DNA of 64,000 nucleotides from Lama glama. Its lineage: Eukaryota. Each line of letters begins with the position of its first letter. Position 1 is the stretch's first letter. The position numbers and the translations under genes are program-made. The notes under the pieces were generated by a model. That model did not search any database, was not told where the DNA came from, and was given only the letters and a program-made list of their open reading frames with translations. This document shows, one piece after another, positions 53,401-64,000 of this stretch. The stretch lies in NCBI GenBank assembly GCA_028534125.1, contig CM052817.1:88910001-88974000 (forward strand). Reading direction: 5' to 3'.

Positions 53401-55319
53401 ATATACATATAGGTATTGTTCTTGGGCCTCAAAGTTAACATCAATCATATCAGTTGCATGGATTCTCCTTTGAGACACCCCACACATTCCCATAATCCAA
53501 CCATTGAAGGTTTATTATAGTTAATATATAACATTATACAATTATTAAATTAAAAGTAGGAATTTTGCAATAAAACACAGAAAATTATATAATTGATTTT
53601 TTTTGGCTCGATATATTCTCCTTTCTAACATAATACCTTATAGGGTCTTATATTTTTTCTACACTAACAGCCAGTATTACTATTTGATTTGGGGAAGTTT
53701 CCATGCCATGATGAAAATTATCACAAGTTCTATAGATAAATAGAAAAGATTCAGTGATTTGGTCGGGTATTATGAAATATACAAAATAATCAATAGTTCT
53801 TGGAATTAAATTAGCAATTTCCACCTATTATGATCCCTCCCTCCTTGCTTCCTGGTCACTTTCTCCCATTCCCTGAAGGTAACTGGTACAAATAAAGCAC
53901 TCAGTCAACCTCATAGGATCCCACCTTTGTAAGTGGATTAACTATTACATACAAATGTAGTTCTTAGTATTTTTTAAGGAAATAGTAACTGGTAAATAGT
54001 AAGACGGTCATTTGCCACTGGGGCCATCTCTTTCATGGAAGAACATAACTTTACAATATGTTCAATATGTTTGAAAAATTCATTACCTTTTTAAAGATGC
54101 TGGATACTAAGCAAATAACTCTACTTGTCTCAAGAATAACTATAATCTAAAAGAGCTATTACCACTTTCAAAGGTATTTAATTATTGTAAGAATGAGTTC
54201 ACAAACTGCTGGAAGCCACATCAAAAAGCCATTCTACGTCTTAAGCTACACTTAAACTGTCATCAAACAAATGATTATAATATACAATTTTCATTAGACC
54301 CCAGAGGCAACACAATATTTATTGAGCAAGACATAAGAAACTGATTTTTTTTCACTCTGAAATACTTTACAAAATGAACTTTTAAGCTACCTGGTCTACG
54401 AATTTAAGAAAAGTCATAGATTATTAAAACTAAAATGTTTCATAAAACTCACATGAATTCTTCATATTCTAAAACTTATTTCCCATGTTTTCTAGGACCT
54501 TATAATACAGAACTTGTTTTGCTGCATTGTAATTATTTGGTTGGATACTAATCTTCCCTAATAGAATATGAATTACTTTGGAACAAGGCAAATGGTCTAT
54601 TTTTTGACTTTCAAACCAATTCCTAAAAAGAAAGAAAAGTCTAGAGAAAGAACTTATGTTGGCTGAGCACCTATTATGTTTATGTCCGTGTACTGAGCAC
54701 AAAAGATACTAACTAACCTTATTTTTACAATATTACCATGTGACGTGTTATCACCATAATCTGGAGATATTAAGATATTAAGATATAACTTTTCCTGTGT
54801 TATTGAAAGAATATACTTATTGTACAGAGTCAGGCTTTTTCCAATTCTGGGTGCTACATTTACAGTATAAACCTCATCCTTAAGATAGGACCCATGGAAC
54901 ATGACCAGGATGTTAAGTGGTCTGACAGTGAGACTGAATGGAATATGTTTTCCTAGGGAACAGAAGGATTATGTGATTTACCATGTAAAAAGTTAAATCA
55001 CTTAAAAGACTGGCATGTAAAGCATGTGTATTTGTTGTCTGATATTGGTGCAGACTAGACTATAATCAGTGAAGTTTACAAATATCAAATCTGATTCAAA
55101 ACATAAATCTTTATTCCATCTACCAGTGTTGTCCATCCATAGAATATACTGCTTCAAGAAATACTCTAATTCCCTTCAGTAGATTTATTTAAGCAAAGGC
55201 CAAATAAGCATCTGCAGAAATGGAATAAAAGATATTTTTCATTGAATGGGTGTTGAATTAAATGTCCTATATAGACCTTTCCAACCGTAACAGTTTGCTC
55301 CAATAAAAAATGTACATAC

Positions 55320-55373
55320 AAATACAGGCAGAACAGTGGCTTTGGTCCATGGGCCATAGTTTGTTAACCCTTG
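55320..55373 (+). mobile_element. MER58-like hAT terminal fragment
   Basis: 'acaggcagaacagtggctttggtccatgggccatagtttgttaacccttg'. Confidence 0.55.
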
Positions 55374-56264
55374 TGTCAGACAGTTGTGGGATGGTGCGAA
55401 TTCCCCAAAACTGCCACTTAATCAAACTTGTTTTAATCTTGTCTCAACAATTTGAATAATCTGGCATGAGACATTTCTCTGTGTTTAAATAAGAAGACTT
55501 CCATTAGAATGTCTCAATTTTCTCCAACGCTAACGTCTTATAATTGTGGACTAATACTTTTTTTTACAATTTATTTTTATAATTCTGTTCCTTTCATCTC
55601 CTCAAGCTGCCTTTTATTCATGAATAAAACTTAGACACTATTTAAAACAATGAATTAAGTGTCTGGAATTCAAATAAACAAATGACTTGCAGCCATTAGT
55701 ATAAAATAATTCAGAGTTTTGAGACCCAGGCTGCACATGATGGACAGAGCCAGCAAAACTAAACATCTGGAGCAGCAATATAACCTCTTCCAGAAACAGC
55801 AGGCAATGAGAGCAGTGACACATCTGGTTAAACCTACTAAGAGCTTGAAGCCAGAGAAACTTAGTCACCTGAAATAGAGCATGAAGACACAAAACTTTTA
55901 TTTGTCTTATTTTGTCAGTGCTGAGTAAGTCAGGTTTCTCTTACACACTTGAAGTTTCCTCTTTGGAACTACAAAATAAAATGTCTGCCCTCCAGGCATT
56001 TACTGACGCTATTACTTTTGATGGATTTGTGTTGCCTTGGAGATTTGTGGAAGATACAAATGTTGAAAGGATTGATTTATACTTGACATAAAGATAAGGT
56101 TTCTAATATTCTTCTGACAGCATATATGAGTGCTATTTTCTTTAATAATCTCTTCATTTATTTGGAAAGAGATCAGTATGGTTGCCTGAAATGGTTTCCA
56201 ACACTTGAAACTTGTGAGTATTATAATTTTACAGTTTCTTTGAGATAACAAGTAGACTAGTTCT

Positions 56265-56600
56265 CTTCCCGACTCCCAAATGTGTCTGGCTGAGCTCTAC
56301 TCATTCTTTGACTCTCAGCTTAAATACTACTTCTTCAAAGTGGCCTTCCTTGAGTCCCAAAGTGTATTTCATCTAAATTCATTTGTATATACATACCTAA
56401 GTGTATTTATGTATGTGTCGCATGTTTTGTTTAATATGCATACCTCTTTCTCTATGTGTGTATCTCCACTAGACTGTAAGATTTTTTTTTTCTGACATTC
56501 AAGTACAGTACTTATTATTCACTTCTTGGTACATAGTAGGCTCTCAACCAATAAATGTTTAACATGCAAATTTATGATTGAATAAATGATGACTGATTAA
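56265..56600 (+). mobile_element. L2 3' end
   Basis: 'ctactcattctttgactctcagcttaaatactacttc', 'tctccactagactgtaagat', 'tggtacatagtaggctctcaaccaataaatgttt'. Confidence 0.85.
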
Positions 56601-56931
56601 AGAAAATATGTGAGCAGAAATAACTTCATTTTAATATTGTTTAATAATCACTATAGAAGTTACTTACACAATTATTTCAGTGATTCTGGTCAAATAATTA
56701 CTGAGAGGGTAACTTATATGGTTAACAAACAGACTTTTTAAAATACATCGTTTTATGCTCAGGAAGTAAAGATGATGCAATTGTGTTCATATGTATCATT
56801 GCATGGTTTAAAATAGATACCTGAGCTTATATCCAGGTTTCAGTACCTGGTTTTCTATTTGTAAATTCTAACGGAAATTCTTCTTCCTGAAACCGTGTCC
56901 TTATGCATGCCCACTCTTTAAACTTGCCAGT

Positions 56932-56972
56932 TGTGTGCGTGTGTGTGTGTGTGTGTGTATATGTATGTTTGT
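56932..56972. repeat. (TG)n microsatellite
   Basis: 'tgtgtgcgtgtgtgtgtgtgtgtgtgtatatgtatg'. Confidence 0.9.
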
Positions 56973-57681
56973 GCTAAATGGATTTAATTTGGGTCTTTCA
57001 CAAATTTGATCCATATTAGCTCATCATCTTTCTTTATATAGTCAAATCCATTATCAGTACCTGCCTCCAAAGCTTCTAGATTCTGTGTGGAGAAAGAAAT
57101 AACAAGACATTATAAGAAAAGGCAAGATTTGACATCAAGTTTATTTTGCAGGATTCCAAGAGTCCCTTGTAAACTGTACAATAATGAAGACAGCATAACT
57201 TTGAGAGGTGAATTAATTCAGTGGGAAAAATGATGGTCATACTGTAAGATGAATCAATGAATATTTTGAACACAGTGTTTGTTAACTGTTAAACAAAGTC
57301 TTACACACAGTATTGTTTAGATATAACACATCTCAAACCAAATGAATATTAAGTATCCGAAGTTTAGGTAGGTAATGATTAATTCTAATTGAGTCTAATG
57401 AATATATCAAAAGCCAGCACTGAGTGATGGTGCAGCAAAAGTTAAACTATAAAAGTTCACCTGCCTGATATAGATGGGAAAAGGATAAGTATGCTCTATC
57501 TGCAGTTAAATATATTTCACTCTACTATGGAATTCTCAAATAATTTCTAATCTGGTTGTTTTAAAATTATTCTTAATAAATTTATATTTTAAAAAGTAGC
57601 AAATGTAATAAAAGAAGAATTCCATTGATAATTATTTGATTATTTCAAAGACTGTATTTTGGAATATTTTGATAATGATTT

Positions 57682-57822
57682 GTTTATTTATTTAATTTAT
57701 TTTTTGAGGGGGAGGGAGATAATTAGTTTTGTTTATTTATTTAGTAGAGGTATTGGGGATTGAACCCAAGACCCTGTGCATGCTAAGCACACAACAGCCA
57801 CTGAGCTATACCCACCCCCTCA
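57682..57822 (-). mobile_element. tRNA-derived SINE, camelid Vic-1-like, with 10-bp TSD
   Basis: Antisense of the 17897 element: 'gaggtattggggattgaacccaagaccctgtgcatgctaagcac...ccactgagctatacccacccc'. Exact 'ataatgattt' at 57672-57681 and 57823-57832, followed by AAAA. Confidence 0.92.
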
Positions 57823-58939
57823 ATAATGATTTAAAATAATGATATTTGAAATAGTAAGAACAATGTAAACAGGAATTATTTCATATATTTTGGAATAATT
57901 TTAAAAGTTTAAGAAGATAGTTATGTTTTTTTAATTATTTTTACTAAGATAATAAAGAAAGAGAATGGCACATTGCTTTAAAGTAAAGATTTGAATCATC
58001 CTCTAGTGGTGATGAGCAATCATGGGGCATTTTTGCTTAGAGTCTGCAGGTTTTAGATTCATGTTTTCCCTTCCCTGCCATCTAAATGCAATATCAATTT
58101 TCTGCATTAAAAAATCAATAGTGAAAATGTTGGAACACAATTAATGGTAAGCTTAAAGTACAACCTGAGACAAATCTAGAAATAAAAGTCATCTTAAGCG
58201 TCGAAGGTTTCAGTCATCTTTTCTATGTGCAGTAGTTCTGGAACATTTAAAAAATCACCTAAAATGCAACTTAAAAGGATATATATGGTAAATTATAATA
58301 ATTTAAGAAGTATTTTAAAATTATGGGAAGAGTTAAGAAGATATCTCCTGTCACAAGTACAGTATTTCAAAAATATTTTTTAAATTATATTAAATATTTG
58401 GGGATAATTTTTATATAGTGGGGGGCAAAAATGTGGATTATCTAAGCATATCAGAGTCAATATGAAAAAGTAGATAAAGCATCTACAGAAATTTTTGTAA
58501 TATCCTGATTGCATTTTAAAATAGTATCCAAATTTTAAAATATTTTAAATATCTATCAAGTTGCAACTCATATAAGTAAATCATATCTTTTCTAAATGTC
58601 TAAATATGAGAGCTTTATAGGGACTACATAAAGATGAAAGTGTATGTATATATGTGTGTGTATATACATGTATGTATGTATGTGTGTGTATATAAACATA
58701 TATAGTACATTTTAAATGCTAATTGCCTCTTTGAGGTACAGTATGTCCTAAATATACCTAGGTGATATTGCAAATGTGTCATTATTTTTTATAACCTAAT
58801 GTTCATTACCCTCAATTTTTTTACTGTGGATTTTTTAAACCTTTGTCATTCTCATCTAAGCTGCTTCAAATCACTGCTCTCTTCACTTTTTATATAAGAA
58901 TATATAAGCCAATTGATGTGATCTGTTTTCAGATTTAAT

Positions 58940-59100
58940 TAGTCTATGAACATTTATTTGTTCCTAATTTATACTTGATACTGTGCTCAATTGTGGAAAT
59001 TAACATAAAGATGATACATAGTCTTTGATGTTGAGGAATTCACAGTCTGAGGGGGAAAATATATGTATTTTTCAATAAGAAAAATAAATAGACATGTAAA
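58940..59100 (-). mobile_element. L2 3' end relic
   Basis: 'aacatttatttgttcctaatt...ctgtgctc...acatagtctttgatgttgaggaattcacagtctgaggggg'. Confidence 0.7.
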
Positions 59101-59360
59101 TAGATATATATACATGACATTTATTGATCCTATATTTTAATTTTGTGTATATTTTATATAAAATGTATATTATGTATTTTATATTTATATACTTATATAT
59201 ATATACTTATATACTTATATGTATGTCTCATTGTATATGTTTATGTACTACATATTACATATGCACAGTTAGAAAATATATAATGTATATAAGTAACATG
59301 AATACCTTGTATGTATATATACATATAACAGCAATTTAATAGACATATGATATAAATGTG
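59100..59360. repeat. TA/TG-rich low-complexity tract
   Basis: 'tatatacttatatatatatacttatatacttatatgtatg'. A similar tract lies at 58640-58703. Confidence 0.85.
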
Positions 59361-61594
59361 TGATGTATTTTAAATAAATTTAGTAAACTGTAACCTAAAA
59401 ACTTGCACTATATAGATGAGCTTATGAATAAATATAAAGTAAACTTTCTAATATGCTGATTGTATAGCTTTGAAAAGTAAAGTCAAGTCACTGTCAGGGA
59501 AGAAAACTTTCTAAAAGGTTAAATAAATTGTACTGCCACCAGATTAAAGCTGTTGAAAGCCCTTAAAGGTCATCCTTCATATGGTTTTACTTGTTTACTA
59601 ACCATATTACGTAACAGAGAACTAACTATAAGCTGTGTGCTTCAGAGATTGGTAAAAACATTAAGATCTATATGGAAAAGACAGTATATGTTATTTAATG
59701 TTAAGATTTTTATTTTATATATTTAACTTCTAATTTGTATATCAGTAAATGATGCAATAAAGAGAACTGATATCAACAAAATTTAAATTTTTAAAATACA
59801 TATTTTATGTTAAAGTCAAGTAGTTTCCTTGTCCTACACATACACATACAAAGAAACACACACTTTATCACCTTGAAAAAAGGAAGGGCTGCTCACAGGC
59901 CAAGTGGTAAATTGACTGAAGTTTACCTGTGATACCAGCTATCTCCCTTTCAACCCTCCTGCTCCCCTGGTACCCTTTTTGACCTTCTAGTCCTAAATGA
60001 ATAGTACATAACATTAAATAATATGTGCTTTATAGTTTGTCTTCTAAAAGGTTTGTAGTATTTTAAGTAACCAGTCCTAAAAACTAGAAAGACTTAGAGC
60101 CAAGTCTATAAAATTTAGTTAATATTTATTACAGATTAAAAATAAAACTTTTAGGATTAGAAAGAATTGCAAGGCCCCTCACCAATCCTAACATTTTGAA
60201 ACTCCTTCTTTTACTTCTCATTATTCAGAAGAAGTATTCACTATTCTTTAGAGCAGTTACTGGAACATAGTGAATATTTAATAAAAATTTGTTAAATAAG
60301 TTAATAAATGAAAATGTTACCTATTATTGTCTCATATATCACTGGAATGACTTTTTCAAAAGTTAAACAAAACACCTATGACCTCAAATAGCCCTTAATT
60401 TGTTAATTAAACCGATTTTATAGACATTGGACTAAAGTCTAATATTAAAGCAGGAAAAAAGAGGAATGATCTATGACCTCATGTTGCTAAAAGAAATAAG
60501 TGTATATCAGAATAGACACATTGGAGTAATGATTATAATATTTCAAAATATTTTATCCTGAAAATGCTTTGTGAAGAATATTTATGTGACTACATTTTGT
60601 GTTTTTGTTTCTTTTGAGTTAAAAAAATCTGGAGACACTCACAAGAGTAGAGCTTCCTGGTGACTTAAAAAAAAATACTCTCTATATGTGCTCTCTCATT
60701 CTTCTCTTTCTCTCCTCTTCAAATGTGTATATACATTCATAAAAATACTCAGTAGTGACTGTTGCTTTATGGGAGATAAATAAGAAAAAAACGCTATACA
60801 AAGGTAGCAAAGCATATCACTTTTATTCTTCTAAAATGACATATGATGGCAGCAAAATATATTTAAAGTTCAATATCCATCACTTATGTGTGAATGATCT
60901 GGATTTCTGAGAAATAGTTTGATTATTTGACTCATACCCAGTTGCAATGCTAGCATTTCTCAAAAGAGCCACTTAAAATTATTGAATAAATCTCCAGAGT
61001 CAAGTAATTCTACTATTGACTTTTAAAATAATTTCAATTGATTGTTCTTATTTTATTTCCTTATGACTAAACTTATTTTCTGTCATAAAATGTTCATAAA
61101 CTTGCTAATCTCTATACTGAATTCATCTCTTCAAAGATACTACAAATTCATATTATATAGAGTGAACATTATAAAAGAGAAAAACTGTTAAAGATGGAAG
61201 ATGAATGTTAAATCGTTCTATTTATGGCTAAATGTGACTAAATATATGAAGCCTTTGAATTAATAATGGCCTACATTTTGTACAGAATTACACAAAGAAT
61301 TCATTCGCACTTTGCTCATAACATAGGAAGTAAGATTATATGTGTAAGATACAGGATAACTGAAAATGAGACCTAACTCATCCATTAACTCAGCCAGTGT
61401 ATTTACAGTGAACTGTTATATAAAATGAGCTACTTCAATGCTTAAATTTCATGATATTTGTGGATGTTTGTAAGGAAATTTATAGTGATAGACTACTTAA
61501 TTATATAGCGAATTCTGTCCATCCATACACATACCATTTTCAATTGAATTCAGTAAATGCTTTTCAGTTGCCTATTATTCTTGTCAAATGTTTT

Positions 61595-61990
61595 AATTTC
61601 TCTGAGAGTCTGAGGTTGAGTTTCCTGTTAAGCAGACTTTGAGACAAAGGTTTGTGTAAAAGGAATTTGGTAAGATGTTTTCCAAAAGCAACCAGTAGGA
61701 TAAAGGGAAAGTGAGTCAGGAACACAAAAACAGCCAAGCAAGTATATGAGATCAAACAACATCACAAAGGGGATAATTTCACCTCAATTCCAGAGGGAAC
61801 CCCTGAAGGCAGTATGGATAATACCTGGAGTTACCTCAACCAGTTACAAAGGAGTTAGAGTTAATAGTCCCCCACCTATCAGTTGTTGGTTAAGTTCTCT
61901 CTGTGGACAAGAGGTATAATCCTAGGCACTATTAAGAACATACTGGGAACTGGTGACAGCACAAAGGGTAAAGAGCTTCAAGAGCATATG
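61595..61990 (-). mobile_element. ERVL LTR relic (LTR33-like)
   Basis: 'aagcagactttgagacaaaggtttgtgtaaa...ccagtaggataaagggaaagtgagtcagg...ctcaattccagagggaaccc...cccacctatcagttgttggttaag'. Confidence 0.7.
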
Positions 61991-62311
61991 TTTGGGCCAA
62001 TGACATGGCTTGATTTATAGGATAATATGAGAGTAATACCATTTTAGCATTCAAGGAGGTTAAAAGCTACTGGGAAAAGTACATAAAACCACAGCTGCTT
62101 GGAACAAATATTTCTCCTCAATATTAAATGAAACCTGCCTTGAGATCCAGCCACACCTACTTAGAAGGAAATTCAATTTCAGCTAGTAGTGTTAATCCTT
62201 TCTCACCCCAGTGCCTTGTGATAGTTCTAAGAAACTTATATATTTCTGAATTTATAAGAACAGGCCTCATATTAAATCTACAGTGTTATTAGTATATGTT
62301 TATTGTCCATG

Positions 62312-63165
62312 CAGGCTGGGCTACATAATTTGCTGGCCCAAGTACAAATTAAGTGTTAAAGTGCTAAAATATAAAGCATGTTTTTTTTTTCTTTTTTCCA
62401 CCATCTCACTCTTGACTTGTCATGGTGTTTTGTTTTGTTTTGTTTTTTCTACTTAGTGTTCTAAGAAAAGAAAAATTTAAGTATAAAATTTTCATCGTAG
62501 ATTTTGCTGTTCATCTTTACACAGTGAAAAGCCAGTTTTAAATGCACATATAAGAGCATTTAATTCATATGTGGGATAGCTGCAATTACACAATTCATAT
62601 TTTGTAGCTAGTACATGATATTTATTTTGTTCTTACAGGAAGAGTAGAAACACTGCACAAAATTAACTGAGATGTTTACATTTCACTTCTTGATACATGT
62701 ATATTCTACATACTCTCTTCATACTGGTACTTAATAAAAAGAAAGGACTGAAAGTGAAAGAAATTATGAGTAGACCCATCTTTTTTCTTCATCTTATTTT
62801 CAACTTAAGATATTACCTAATAGAGAAAAGTTACACAGCTAAAAAATATGATAAGGTTTCTTGGTTGTTTCCTAGGACATCATTGACTTCTTTCTGTGTT
62901 TGAAGAAATTTGTGGTTCAGATGAGGTGTGTTCTCTAGGGGCCATCAGTGCCCCATTTACTCAGTCATGGATGTAACTTGCTTACCTTAGACATGCTCTG
63001 AGACTTGTCTATCTTCTGCATACTATGGGTTCATTAGAAGTCTGTGCTCATGAGGCATCACCAGGCCTGATGTGAATAGAATGTCAAGGAACATGTTTCA
63101 CTGTCCCATCAGACTTCAATTATACACAAGTTCAAAAACAAAATTATTAAGAATCCAATATGGTG
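62312..63165. mobile_element. hAT-Tip100 relic (MER45B-like)
   Basis: Terminus 'caggctgggctacataatttgctggcccaagtacaaa', internal 'gccagttttaaatgcacatataagagcattt', and 'ttcaaaaacaaaattattaagaat' near 63130-63155. Confidence 0.7.
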
Positions 63166-63249
63166 CTCATCCCTGTACTATCCTGCCAGTTGCTGACACT
63201 GATGCCCCACCAAGCTTTTTGCCATTCCTCAACGAGGCCCCACACTCTC

Positions 63250-63500
63250 TACCCTTCATCCTTTGCTCACCCTATTTTTGCTACCTGGGATGTTCTGCCT
63301 CTTAATTTTCACTCACTGATTCCTATCCAGCTTTAAAGACTACTTGAATTAACCCTTTTTTGACCTCACCCAAACTTAAAATAGAATCTTTCTTCCAAAC
63401 TTTCAGAAAGCTTTGCTTATTCTCTTTCACATGGACTTTTTAGTTACATGATCTGCAAAATCCTGTTCATTCTGCAATCAAATAGGAAGTTCTCTAAACA
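63250..63500 (+). mobile_element. L2 relic
   Basis: 'tgctacctgggatgttctgcc...tgattcctatccagctttaaagactacttg...ttgacctcaccc'. Confidence 0.5.
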
Positions 63501-64000
63501 TTTTCCTCTTCAGATTAATTCTCCTCATATCTAAATATTGTGATAAGTCTGTCACCACCTCCATATCCTTCATCCATCATACATCTTAAATCACGTCAGC
63601 TTTCCCTAATCAAAACTAATTATTGGAGAACTGGCATCTTATTTCTAGGAAATTCTGTCTCTGGCTCTACAAACAGATGTTCTTATGGAAAAGGAAACAA
63701 AATATCAGTTATATTGTTGGGCTCATAGAATAAATTTATTTTAGAGACAGTACCACAATATTTAATATCTTAGTGAATCATCCAACCACATACAACTTCA
63801 CCAGATAAATAAGACATTACTAGAACTTTTCAACATGGAGAAAAGAAAGATAGAGTGATTAGATGACTGTTAGGAAGATTATAAAATATCTATAGGTTTC
63901 AAAGAATAGAGTGGTTTAAAAGAGTTTGTTTTAGGATTAGAAACTTTCAGTTGTTTTTTAACAACTAAAGAGAAAAGTAGTATATACTCCATGCCAGTAT

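Noticed and set aside
544..63728. The many 60-120 aa ORFs in the track as genes
   Set aside because: Many start at TTG/GTG, are F/L/I/K-rich as expected from AT-rich DNA, or are sense/antisense readings of L1, MER20 and LTRs.
1..64000. A novel multi-gene system (defence island, retron, CRISPR, DGR) built around the RT ORF
   Set aside because: The RT peptide is ordinary broken L1 ORF2 inside a TSD-flanked retrotransposon. The DNA is mammalian, with no operon, repeat-spacer array or template/variable repeat pair.

Overview
This is very AT-rich, CpG-depleted mammalian nuclear DNA, intergenic or deep intronic. It is not prokaryotic. Two tRNA-derived SINEs resembling the camelid Vic-1 family, plus cetartiodactyl-type L1 3' ends, point to a camelid genome (camel, alpaca or llama). 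I found no intact protein-coding gene, RNA gene, CRISPR array or operon-like system. The only ORFs with recognisable homology are broken LINE-1 ORF2 pieces. The window is a layered transposon graveyard: young minus-strand L1s, old L1M/L1MC/L1ME pieces, L2 and MIR relics, solo LTRs (MLT1A, MER67, MER73/74, LTR33-like) and DNA-transposon relics (MER20, MER8, MER45B-like). The most informative observations are mechanistic scars: a twin-primed 5'-inverted L1, an L1 fragment captured inside an LTR without poly(A) or TSD, a TSD-flanked L1 with an internal deletion, an L1 nested in MER8, and a 124-bp tandem duplication. There are also weak candidate exons and regulatory sites in repeat-poor stretches. 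Family names come from my recollection of consensus sequences, not from a search, and boundaries of old elements are approximate. I see no support for a novel biological system.
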